Shown: in pieces, positions 7,849-16,185 of the stretch | How positions within the stretch are numbered: position 1 is the first letter of the stretch | How the letters are laid out: each line of letters starts with the position of its first letter | DNA from: Candidatus Daviesbacteria bacterium | GTDB taxonomy: Bacteria; Patescibacteriota; Microgenomatia; Daviesbacterales; UBA10151 | Direction of reading: 5' to 3' | Length of the DNA stretch: 64,000 bases | Assembly: GCA_016187035.1 (NCBI GenBank) | Contig: JACPKL010000008.1 | Location: 35,990-99,989, forward strand | Notes under the pieces: model-generated | The model's database searches: none | The model's input: the letters and a program-made list of their open reading frames with translations, nothing else | What the model was told of the DNA's origin: nothing | Position numbers and translations under genes: made by a program

Positions 7849-10800
7849 TTATCTTTGGAAAAAGTGAATCAAAAGGTTAATGAATCTGTTAAATACATGC
7901 CCGGTTTCAGCAACTATCCTTTGAGGTTTAGCTTGGGTGATTGGTTTAAATTTAATATCAGCCTCAGATGAAGCAGGCTTGTTTTGAGTTGATAATACTC
8001 CAGCTTTGAATCCTTTAGCTGGACCAATTATATTGTCTCCTGATGTTTTAACAGCCAGCTCATTTGAAAATTCCCCTGGCATACAAATGTTACCGGCTCT
8101 GACTTTGAAATAATAAGTCTGACCATTATTTAAGCCCTTAACCACATAGCTGGTAGTATCTTTGCCTCCAATATTAGGATTACCATATTCTGGTTTGCCT
8201 GATTTTGTGCCATAAGCCACTAAATAATAGGTGACTGGATCAGCTGCTTTAGACCAGGTTAAAGTCACCTGGTTTCTGCCAGATGCTTTTGCTGATAAGA
8301 GTTTTGGAGCAGATTGTGGTTTGCTATCTACACAAGATGCAGGAGTAGATGGATTAGAAGGAGATGAAGGATTAGAGGGGGAAGAGGGATTAGATGAATT
8401 AGAGGATGAATTTTGAGTTAGGGTATAAGTGACAAACTTGGTAAAATGCTTGGTCCAGATAACCATATCAGACCCTACACTAATGAAACAGTCTCCATCA
8501 GCTGGTAAATTATCACCTGCAGTTTGTGAATCTTCAGTACAGCTTTGGGCGATTTTAGTAAATGTTGAGCCTCTTTGATAGCCTGTCAGTTTACCGGCTT
8601 GGTTTGGAATTAATATTCTGACAGCTTTATCAAAGCTTAAAGCAATATCACCCAAACCAATTTCCAAAACAACAGATACTGTATTCATTTTGCCGGTTTC
8701 TGAAGGAGGATTGGCCTGATTGTTTGCCAATACTTTTGGAGCATTAATGATGCCTGTCCAACTTAACGGACCTGAAATGGTAGTAGAAGTTGGAATTTCT
8801 ACTTTAATAGTGCCTAAATCAGTATTAGCATTTATATTTAAAATGTTATTGAAGGTAGCTTGTTTAGAAGTAGCTGAAGTTACCATTATATTGCCAAAGT
8901 TTAAAGTTGGATTTGCCACAGATTTTGGAATAGATAAATTAACATTAAAATTGCCATAAGCCATCAGCATTTCCGGATGATCTGAGTCAAGATTAGCCTG
9001 AGGGTCAATTAAGACTTGGTTTGCATTTGGAGTTGCTAAATCCTGGCGCACTGATGGAGCAATAGTCAAATTAAGCTCGTTACTTTTTATGCCATCCTCC
9101 ATAACATATAATTTGTATGTTTGTCCTGCCTGGTAGTTTGTAAAAGCAGGTAAAGTGAAGCTAAGACTGTGGTGGTCTGCAGAGGCTGGTTTGTAAAAAT
9201 CAGAAACAACTAAAGAGTTATCTATATATATTTGAGTAGAGTTAGTTAAGTTTGAACCAGAAATGACAATAACTGTTTGCCAATTAGCAGGATTAGGGAA
9301 GATACTGTTTATCACAGGTGTAGCTACTGGAGTAGGTGATAGTGTGGGTGATGGATTTGGATCTGATTTTGGAGTAGGAGTTGATTTAGCATCAGGACCT
9401 GCTATCAAATTCCACCAGTCGCTTGGCATATTCTGCATCCACCATTTTAACCATCCATCTCCTGTGCAGCCCCAGGAATTACATGTTAATGGTTCGACTT
9501 CACCTGAATTATCATAATTGAAATTTCTACAGTCACTATCGAACCTGTCTGTGTTTGTCCTGTCATATTCAAATCTTGAATTAGGTGGATTATGGACATT
9601 GCTGCAAGAATTTCTGTCACTCCAGTTTGCATACCCGGTTTTAAACTGACCAAATACTCTTTCCAGGTGATGACCATAACTTTCCAAAGCTTCCGTAAGG
9701 CCTCTGGTGTAGTTTAAACCATAAACTACGATTGTTTTGTCTGGGCAATAGGGTAGATTTGCTCCGTTTGTGGTAAAGCCATTGCTTCCGGTGATTGCTG
9801 ATTCCCAGGATCCTCCAGCATACGGGCCTAAACCATCTGCCCAGAGAATGACTGCTTTAATATCATTTTGTTTAGCCAAGTTACAAAGATTATATTTGGT
9901 GAAAAGGGCTTGATAATCATATCTTCCACCTGCTTGTGGAGGAGTATTATATTCTACATGAGCATCAGAGTCAGATAAGGTATAGTTCAAAGCGGGTTGT
10001 GCAGAAGAATTTGAATAACCATGATATTTAGAGGCTTCATTCATGGCTGGTAAAAGCACATTCTGGGTGAATATTTTGTTATCTCCATTGACATGAAAGT
10101 AGTCTCCGCTTGGGTGGTATTCCAGCATCCAGACTTTTATTTGTTGAGGAGCAGGTATAGCTGATGAGGAAGGGGTTGAAGTAGGAGCAGGAATGGTTGA
10201 GGGGGAAGGGGAGGGAACAACAACAGGAGTGGATATTGGAGTTGGACTAAGATCTGGTAAGCAAAGGCGGAAAATCCAGAAATTTAAGCAGTTTGCAGGA
10301 TCATCAGTAATAGGAGAACTGATAGGCTGGGTACTTGGTGTGGCGCTGGCTGTAGCTTGAGGGATGGCTGAAGGAGAAACTGTAGGAGTAGGTTGTGGGG
10401 TAGGTGTAGAGGTTACTGTAGGGAAAGTGATATTAGAGTATAAACAAGGAGTATATTTAGAACAAGATTGGGCATCTGAGGATAAATCATTAGATCTTAA
10501 AGCTATATTTATCATTTCAATTTGTTGGTCAACGCGGTGATAGAAATTAAAATCAGCTGTAAAAAAGGCAATATTTCCATTTTCATCTGATCTCATTTGA
10601 TCTGATCTGACCGGATCATACCCTAAGAAATTGTTATGGACAAACCAAATAGTGTAGAGTGAGTTAGGTGTCAGGTTACTAAATACCCCGTTAACATAAC
10701 CCTTTTCTATTACTCCAACTGAACCAGACGGGCTTCTGTCAGTTAAGGTCACAGTCAATGTGCCATAACCATTTGGAGTTGGGCTTTCAGTAGCAGGTAT

Positions 10801-11055
10801 AAGGTTTACAGCCACAAAATTAGTTTCAGGGTGAGGAGCTGGAGTAGACGTAGGAGCTGGGGTAGGTGTAGCTGATGGGGAAGGGGTTGAGGATGGTTCC
10901 GGAAAGGGGTTCAGATTTTCAATAGCAGAAGTAATTGCAGCAGTTATGGGATTATTTGGATCAGAGGCAACTGCCAAAACAATGTTAGTTTGGACTAGCA
11001 TTAATATCCCAATTAGGGAATAAATAAAGGATGAAAGCAGTATTTTTGATTTCAT
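7849..11055 (-). CDS. Giant secreted surface protein (P/T/S linkers, unknown central domain, IPT/TIG-like, C-terminal FN3)
   Basis: Probable start is ATG 11055 (MKSKILLSSFIYSLIGILMLV signal); the track ORF starts at TTG 11097. FN3-like segment VTLTWSKAADPVTYYLVAYG...GQTYYFKVRAGN. C-terminus is IVAETG plus a short hydrophobic tail ending QR. Confidence 0.7.
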   Translation of the reverse strand: MKSKILLSSFIYSLIGILMLVQTNIVLAVASDPNNPITAAITSAIENLNPFPEPSSTPSPSATPTPAPTSTPAPHPETNFVAVNLIPATESPTPNGYGTLTVTLTDRSPSGSVGVIEKGYVNGVFSNLTPNSLYTIWFVHNNFLGYDPVRSDQMRSDENGNIAFFTADFNFYHRVDQQIEMINIALRSNDLSSDAQSCSKYTPCLYSNITFPTVTSTPTPQPTPTVSPSAIPQATASATPSTQPISSPITDDPANCLNFWIFRLCLPDLSPTPISTPVVVPSPSPSTIPAPTSTPSSSAIPAPQQIKVWMLEYHPSGDYFHVNGDNKIFTQNVLLPAMNEASKYHGYSNSSAQPALNYTLSDSDAHVEYNTPPQAGGRYDYQALFTKYNLCNLAKQNDIKAVILWADGLGPYAGGSWESAITGSNGFTTNGANLPYCPDKTIVVYGLNYTRGLTEALESYGHHLERVFGQFKTGYANWSDRNSCSNVHNPPNSRFEYDRTNTDRFDSDCRNFNYDNSGEVEPLTCNSWGCTGDGWLKWWMQNMPSDWWNLIAGPDAKSTPTPKSDPNPSPTLSPTPVATPVINSIFPNPANWQTVIVISGSNLTNSTQIYIDNSLVVSDFYKPASADHHSLSFTLPAFTNYQAGQTYKLYVMEDGIKSNELNLTIAPSVRQDLATPNANQVLIDPQANLDSDHPEMLMAYGNFNVNLSIPKSVANPTLNFGNIMVTSATSKQATFNNILNINANTDLGTIKVEIPTSTTISGPLSWTGIINAPKVLANNQANPPSETGKMNTVSVVLEIGLGDIALSFDKAVRILIPNQAGKLTGYQRGSTFTKIAQSCTEDSQTAGDNLPADGDCFISVGSDMVIWTKHFTKFVTYTLTQNSSSNSSNPSSPSNPSSPSNPSTPASCVDSKPQSAPKLLSAKASGRNQVTLTWSKAADPVTYYLVAYGTKSGKPEYGNPNIGGKDTTSYVVKGLNNGQTYYFKVRAGNICMPGEFSNELAVKTSGDNIIGPAKGFKAGVLSTQNKPASSEADIKFKPITQAKPQRIVAETGHVFNRFINLLIHFFQR
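8351..8410. repeat. ggattagaagg-family simple repeat, coding (SNPSSPSNPSSPSNPS linker)
   Basis: ggattagaaggagatgaaggattagagggggaagagggattagatgaattagaggatgaa. The same k-mers occur at 45231-45269 and 46862-46892. Confidence 0.75.
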
Positions 11056-11105
11056 GAAGCCGATAGTATAACAGACTATCGGTCCATTGTCAAGCAACTA
11101 TGGGT

Positions 11106-11993
11106 TTATCTGGGGATCCACATCCAATAGCCTTGCTGGCCAGATGGGCCTCCTATAGAAGAGTCATTAACTAGGGATGCAGAAGGAGAGGAAACTTTAG
11201 GAAGAGGTGAAGTCCAAGCGCCGGAAGCGCCAGCTTTGCCCATATTTTTAGAAATAAAGCTTAAATCAAAGGTATTAATTACCCCGTCTTTATTAAAATC
11301 AGCATTTTCATTCCAGTTAGCTGAAGATTTAGTTTTACCTAAAAGATTTTGAATGATATTATAGTCAGCAGTATTAATAATATTATCTTCATTTAAGTCA
11401 CCTGTGAGCATATTAATAGGCTGGCCTTCATTTAAAACAGTGGTAGTAGGGGTCATCACAAAGCTAGATGAGGTAGCAATCTGGACAGAGCCTTTAAGCA
11501 AAGCTGTATATTGGGTCCCTGCTGTTAATCCTGCTAAGGATAAGTTAGAGTACTGCCCTGAGGCAGGTAAATCTACCGAGAAGGTAAGTAAAAATTTAGG
11601 GTTTGAGGTTAGCGCGCCTTCTATAATTCCAATAAATAATTTAGTAGCCCAGGTTTGTTGGGGCCGGCCTTCCAGCAAAGCTGTGAAAGACATAGTAGGG
11701 CCATAAGATGAGGCAATAGTAGGGGAGGAATCAGAAGGAGCAGGGTTTGGTGAAGATGAGGCTGATGGTTTAGATTCTTCAACCAGGCCTAATAATTGCT
11801 TTGCTCCTGAAGACAAGGACTCTTTATCAGGCAAAGGAAGTATAGAGGAGGTTTTAGCAGATTTAGTATTAGTTTCAGAGGCTTTACTTTTATATGTTTG
11901 GGCGTGGGATGCCAAATAAGCTCCAACAGGAATAGATAAGACAATAAAGACATAGATTCCCAGCATGAGACGTTGTTTAAACGTAGAGAACAT
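11106..11993 (-). CDS. Membrane-anchored/secreted protein with C-terminal dockerin-like EF-hand pair
   Basis: N-terminal TM. TGDLNEDNIINTADYNIIQNLLGK and NADFNKDGVINTFDLSFISKNMGK match the duplicated dockerin type I calcium-binding repeat. Confidence 0.65.
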   Translation of the reverse strand: MFSTFKQRLMLGIYVFIVLSIPVGAYLASHAQTYKSKASETNTKSAKTSSILPLPDKESLSSGAKQLLGLVEESKPSASSSPNPAPSDSSPTIASSYGPTMSFTALLEGRPQQTWATKLFIGIIEGALTSNPKFLLTFSVDLPASGQYSNLSLAGLTAGTQYTALLKGSVQIATSSSFVMTPTTTVLNEGQPINMLTGDLNEDNIINTADYNIIQNLLGKTKSSANWNENADFNKDGVINTFDLSFISKNMGKAGASGAWTSPLPKVSSPSASLVNDSSIGGPSGQQGYWMWIPR

Positions 11994-12018
11994 AAGACAA
12001 TTGTACTACAATAGTTAA

Positions 12019-13002
12019 ATGATAAAAATCCTTGTTAACGCATTAATAGGCATAATTCTGATTGTAGCCTGGTCGCGTTTTGTAAACCTTGATCAGATTC
12101 TTTCTACCCTTAAGAAAGTTAACTTAGTTTATTTGTTGCCTGTACTTGGTTTTTTATTCTTTTCTTCCATATTGAGAGCTGTCAGGTTTAAAGTATTTTT
12201 AGCAGAAATTAAAAAAATCAGCCTACAGGACCTGATATTTTTAAATGGGGCAGCTCAGATGCTTAATTTTTTTATCCCTATCAGAGCAGGGGAAATAGCC
12301 AAAGGAGTTTATTTAAATACTCAATATAGCCTAAATTTAGGCAAGTCTATTATCTGGGTTTTTATAGACAGGTTTGTGGATTTTTTGGTGTTATTGCTTT
12401 TGGCTGCTGCACTTTTGTTGGTAGTTCCGACCGCCCTTAGTATAACAATTATAAAAATTATAACCATTATACTAATCACAGTTTTACTAGCCGCTTATTT
12501 AGCAGTTTTTCAACTTAGTTCTGCCAGAAAAATCATTGTTTTTTTGAGGCCTCTCTTAATATTTAATCTTATTAAGATATATTTTGATAAAGTTACATCA
12601 TTCATTTTAGACTCTTTTTCCATTTTAGACAGGCATCCTAAGGATTTAGCTTTAATGGTGATAATTACTGTATTAGCTTATTTTACTGATGCTGCTGTCT
12701 GGTATTTTACTTTTTTATCATTAGGGGTTTCCCAGTCCTTTATAAAAATGTATCTGGGGCAGATGCTGTCTGCTTTGACTTATCTGATTCCTGCAGCCCC
12801 GGGATATGTGGGTTCAGCAGAAGCATCAGGATTATTAATACTTTCAGGAGTTTTTAATATAGAGGCCAATTTAGCCTCAGCCATGATAGTTTTATTCCAT
12901 ATAGTTTCAGCTGTTTTTATTTTAATGTTTGGCTTAATTTCTATATTCAGCCTCAAGATCAATCTTGGGGAAATATTAAAAAGAGCCTTAAATAGAAGCT
13001 AG
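12019..13002 (+). CDS. Lysylphosphatidylglycerol-synthase-TM-like (flippase-like) membrane protein
   Basis: 8 or so TM helices. N-terminal LRAVRFKVFL motif is typical of this family. Confidence 0.55.
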   Translation: MIKILVNALIGIILIVAWSRFVNLDQILSTLKKVNLVYLLPVLGFLFFSSILRAVRFKVFLAEIKKISLQDLIFLNGAAQMLNFFIPIRAGEIAKGVYLNTQYSLNLGKSIIWVFIDRFVDFLVLLLLAAALLLVVPTALSITIIKIITIILITVLLAAYLAVFQLSSARKIIVFLRPLLIFNLIKIYFDKVTSFILDSFSILDRHPKDLALMVIITVLAYFTDAAVWYFTFLSLGVSQSFIKMYLGQMLSALTYLIPAAPGYVGSAEASGLLILSGVFNIEANLASAMIVLFHIVSAVFILMFGLISIFSLKINLGEILKRALNRS

Positions 13003-13899
13003 ATCCAGCTTTATTGATGGGCCCATGGTGGGTGAAAGGGAGACTTTTTTAATCCTGGATTTGCCTATGGTTTGGAGAAGAGTTTTAATATTAGCTGATA
13101 ACTCCTCAGTGGGTTGATTAAGTTTACCTAAACCAAGATGGATAACAGGAGCTTTGGCTTCTGTTTTATATTCTGAGCGAAGCGAAGAATTCAAGCTCTG
13201 CTTATATTCTGTTTTACCAGCCTGGAAAGACTCTACTGCCTTTTTTAAATCAGTCACAATAGTACCGCTCTTAGGATTTGGCATGAGGCCCTTAGGTCCT
13301 AAAATCCGGGCAACTTTAGCCAGTTTAGGCATACCAGCAGGTGTTGTCACAATTAAATCAAAATCTATTTTGCCTTTACTGATATTTTCAATAGTCTCAT
13401 CGTCACCCTCATAAGCTAAGATCCTTAATTTCTTGCCTGAGGCATAGGGGAGGGAAACCAGTCCCCGTAGCCCGGTTTGGATAGTTAAAATATGGGCTTC
13501 CAAAGTGCCTGTAAAGGCTGAGAAAGAATGTTTTTTTACCAGATCTACAGCCTCATTCAGAGGGTAGGTTTTACTTCTATCTAAGTCTTTAGTAGCTTGC
13601 TGGTATTTTTTAGATCTGGGCTTGGATTTAGCAGGTCTCCTGTTATCAGGTTTCTGTTTTCGGTTTTCGGATGTAAGTTTATCAGTTCTCTGTTTGTCTG
13701 TTTCTGAAACTGATAAACTGGTAACAGATTTACCTTTATCTGACAACTGAGAACTGAGAACCGATGACTGATCTTCTCCTTCCAGCTCTGCTTTGAGTTT
13801 TTCCACCAGCTCATCTGTCCTGCCTAGTTTTTTGGCAGGTTTTTTTGGTTCTTTTTGTTGGATGGAATCATCCATTATTTTTGTTTTAGTTTTACCCAT
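12988..13899 (-). CDS. rplA: 50S ribosomal protein L1 with about 95-aa N-terminal extension and an internal 12-aa insertion
   Basis: Core motifs [33 protein letters not shown]...[11 protein letters not shown] overlaps the rplK stop (ATGGGTAA), as in coupled rplKA. Confidence 0.9.
   Translation of the reverse strand: MGKTKTKIMDDSIQQKEPKKPAKKLGRTDELVEKLKAELEGEDQSSVLSSQLSDKGKSVTSLSVSETDKQRTDKLTSENRKQKPDNRRPAKSKPRSKKYQQATKDLDRSKTYPLNEAVDLVKKHSFSAFTGTLEAHILTIQTGLRGLVSLPYASGKKLRILAYEGDDETIENISKGKIDFDLIVTTPAGMPKLAKVARILGPKGLMPNPKSGTIVTDLKKAVESFQAGKTEYKQSLNSSLRSEYKTEAKAPVIHLGLGKLNQPTEELSANIKTLLQTIGKSRIKKVSLSPTMGPSIKLDLASI
13166..13211. repeat. 36-nt element insertion bounded by 10-bp direct repeat TTATATTCTG, in frame in rplA
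   Basis: TTATATTCTG at 13166-13175 and 13202-13211. Between them lies agcgaagcgaagaattcaagctctgc. Duplicates the EYK codons of L1. Confidence 0.85.
13746..13773. repeat. Heptanucleotide-period array (actgaga), in frame in rplA N-terminal extension
   Basis: actgaga actgaga accgatg actgatc. The neighbouring sequence 13649-13670 has ttttcgg units. Confidence 0.8.
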
Positions 13900-14317
13900 T
13901 TATCTTCACCCCCATGCTTCTGGCTGTGCCTTCCACAATCTTCATGGCAGCCTCAACATCTTTAGTGTTTAAATCTGGCAGTTTAGCCTCAGCAATGCTT
14001 CTGACCTGTTCTTTAGTCAAGCTTCCAACAACATTCTTTAAAGCTGTGCCAGAGCCTTTTTCTAAATTAAGCATCTTTTTAATCATCTCAGCCATGGGCG
14101 GTTCTTTGGTAATAAAAGAAAAAGTCCTGTCTTCATAAACAGTAATGACCACTGGTAAAATATTGCCCTGTTTGTCTTTGGTTTTTTCATTAAAAGCTTT
14201 GACAAACTCCATAATAGGCAGGCCGTGAGAACCCAATGCAGGACCAACAGGAGGAGCAGCAGTAGCTGTAGCTGCTGGAATGTTTAATTTTATATAAGTT
14301 TTTACTTTTTTAGCCAT
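13892..14317 (-). CDS. rplK: 50S ribosomal protein L11
   Basis: [27 protein letters not shown]...[17 protein letters not shown]. Confidence 0.95.
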   Translation of the reverse strand: MAKKVKTYIKLNIPAATATAAPPVGPALGSHGLPIMEFVKAFNEKTKDKQGNILPVVITVYEDRTFSFITKEPPMAEMIKKMLNLEKGSGTALKNVVGSLTKEQVRSIAEAKLPDLNTKDVEAAMKIVEGTARSMGVKING

Positions 14318-14351
14318 AATCTGATTTTGATATTTTACCTGACTCCAAACG

Positions 14352-14420
14352 AGATTTAAGATTTAGGAATTAAGATTCAAGATTTTTATTCTTAAATCAT
14401 AAATCTTATCTCTTAAATCT
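14352..14420. repeat. aagattt-family imperfect hairpin in the nusG-rplK spacer
   Basis: agatttaaga (14352-14361) is the exact reverse complement of tcttaaatct (14411-14420). The interior is made of aagattt-like units and their complements. Confidence 0.8.
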
Positions 14421-15108
14421 AGATTTTTTGTACCTGCAGAAAATCCAGTTCAACAGGTGTTTCCCTGCCAAATATAGAAACCAGAACCTTGATCTTTCCT
14501 CTTTCTTCATCCACATGATCTACTTTACCAATAAAGTCTGCAAACGGGCCGTCAACAATTTTAACAGTATCAGAAACAGTAAAAACCTGTTTAAAAGTGG
14601 GAGCTTCCTCTTTGGTGAATTTAACAATAGTAGCTACTTCAGCATCAGAAATTGGGGTAGGTTTATTTCCCATACCCACAAAAGAAGTGACTCCGGGGGT
14701 GGTCCGTACAGCCAGCCAGGATGCTTCATCCAAAATCATTTTTACCAGAATATATCCGGGAAAAATCTTTTCTTTAACTTCTATCTTTTTACCGCTCCTG
14801 ATTTCAATTTTATCCTGCATTGGCACCAGGACTTCCAGGATTTTTTCTTCCAGATGTTCTGATTCAATTCTCTGCTTTAAAGTAGCAGCCACCTTATTTT
14901 CATGGCCTGAATAGGTATGGACTACATACCATTTAGCATTGGGGTTAGAGGATTTGACGGTAGATGGTGGAAGATTGATGGTAGAATCTTGAGGATTGAT
15001 GATAGAAGGTGGATCTTCTTCTTTCGATTTTCCATCTTCTATTTTCAAAGTACTATCTTCTACTTTTCTATCATCTATTGTCTGTTCTTCTGTTTTATTA
15101 TTGTCCAT
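14419..15108 (-). CDS. nusG: Transcription termination/antitermination factor NusG with about 55-aa N-terminal extension
   Basis: WYVVHTYSGHENKV (NGN domain). KOW region VKIVDGPFADFIGKVDHVDEERGKIKVLVSIFGRETPVEL. Confidence 0.9.
   Translation of the reverse strand: MDNNKTEEQTIDDRKVEDSTLKIEDGKSKEEDPPSIINPQDSTINLPPSTVKSSNPNAKWYVVHTYSGHENKVAATLKQRIESEHLEEKILEVLVPMQDKIEIRSGKKIEVKEKIFPGYILVKMILDEASWLAVRTTPGVTSFVGMGNKPTPISDAEVATIVKFTKEEAPTFKQVFTVSDTVKIVDGPFADFIGKVDHVDEERGKIKVLVSIFGRETPVELDFLQVQKI
14959..15083. repeat. gatagaag-family imperfect hairpin, in frame in the nusG 5' extension
   Basis: The left arm ggtagatggtggaagattgatgg...gatgatagaaggtgga is collinear with the reverse complement of the right arm tccatcttctattttcaaag...tctatcatctattgtct. 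The right arm closely matches spacer 4741-4787. Confidence 0.75.
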
Positions 15109-15289
15109 TGTTTCCTACTAAATAAGCTGTTAGAGATGTCAGGATATAATCCAACCCTCCTAAAAAAAGCCCTACAGCCACTGCTACAGCTACTACTAAA
15201 ATAGTGTAGCGGATGGTTTGCCCTCTTGAGGGCCAGGTCACTTTTAACAGCTCCTCTTTAACCTCTTTTAAAAAACTGATTGCATTCAT
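15098..15289 (-). CDS. secE: Preprotein translocase subunit SecE
   Basis: 63 aa. FLKEVKEELLKVTWPSRGQTIRYTILV plus one TM helix. Position is upstream of nusG. Confidence 0.85.
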   Translation of the reverse strand: MNAISFLKEVKEELLKVTWPSRGQTIRYTILVVAVAVAVGLFLGGLDYILTSLTAYLVGNNGQ

Positions 15290-15373
15290 GGTAATAAGGA
15301 CCTTCTCACTCGCAGTATGAGAAATTCTACTGCTCGCTTCGAAGAACCTTGCCTTTTGACTTCGTCAAAACGT

Positions 15374-15397
15374 AAAAAAGGGTCCTATCTTGGACCC
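15374..15397 (-). terminator. Intrinsic-terminator-like hairpin (GGGTCC-AAGATA-GGACCC-TTTTTT on minus strand)
   Basis: Perfect 6-bp GC-rich stem followed by T6. Lies upstream of secE with no minus-strand gene ahead of it. Confidence 0.4.
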
Positions 15398-15471
15398 ACT
15401 TTGTCAAGTATAACAGAAACACCTTGATTTTAGCAAGTAGAGAAACTACACTGAATTTAGATAGATTAAAT

Positions 15472-16185
15472 ATGTTTTGGAAAACTGCCCGAATAAAAGT
15501 TTGGTTTTTGATTGCTTTTTTTGTACTTGGAGTTGTTTTGGGCATTTTTTTAGTCGCTTTTGCTTTGGAGCCAAAATCTGTAATCAAAAGTCTTGTCTTT
15601 TCTAATATCACTGACCATCAGATTACCATCTCCTGGGTAACTGAAAAAGAAACTAAAGGGGTTGTAGTGGTAAGCCAGGGTAAACTTCCTGTTTGGCCAA
15701 TCTTTGTAAAGAATTATTCTAAAGATGACGGAGAAAAAAGTTTAAAAAAAGTTGGCAGGTATATTACTCATCATGTGACTATTACCAACTTAAACCCTGA
15801 CAATAAGTATAAATTCAAAATATTTCAGGGATTAAAAACAGCTTTTAATGGAGAATTTAGAACTTTTAAAACACTTGATTCTCTTGATGGGCCAAATCCG
15901 ATATATGGCAGAGTTCTATCTAAAGATAAAAGACCAGTCATTGGGGCAATTATTTATCTGCAAGCCAAGACAGCTTCCCAGTCATCTTCTTTAATTTCCA
16001 GCCAGACTAATTTAACAGGCAGATGGAGTCTTGATTTAGCAAATTTAAGAACCAGCAATTTAGATGAAGGATTTGATTTAAAAAGCAATACTTTAGAAAT
16101 AGTGATTGTGGAAACAGGGAAAGGCAAGGTTAAAGCTGAAACTAAACAAGGCCAGGATAAACCCTGGCCGGACATTATTATATGA
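15472..16185 (+). CDS. TM-anchored FN3-like + CarboxypepD_reg-like protein (paralog A)
   Basis: Probable start MFWKTARIKVWFLIAFF. ITDHQITISWVTEKETKGVVVV...THHVTITNLNPDNKYKFKIF is FN3/PAP-N-like. IYGRVLSKDKRPVIGAIIYLQ follows. Paralog of 19968-20669. Confidence 0.65.
   Translation: MFWKTARIKVWFLIAFFVLGVVLGIFLVAFALEPKSVIKSLVFSNITDHQITISWVTEKETKGVVVVSQGKLPVWPIFVKNYSKDDGEKSLKKVGRYITHHVTITNLNPDNKYKFKIFQGLKTAFNGEFRTFKTLDSLDGPNPIYGRVLSKDKRPVIGAIIYLQAKTASQSSSLISSQTNLTGRWSLDLANLRTSNLDEGFDLKSNTLEIVIVETGKGKVKAETKQGQDKPWPDIII

Noticed and set aside
15327-15611. 94-aa minus-strand ORF
   Set aside because: It overlaps the start of the FN3-like gene and the divergent promoter region, has no motif and is lysine-rich junk. 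It is most likely spurious.
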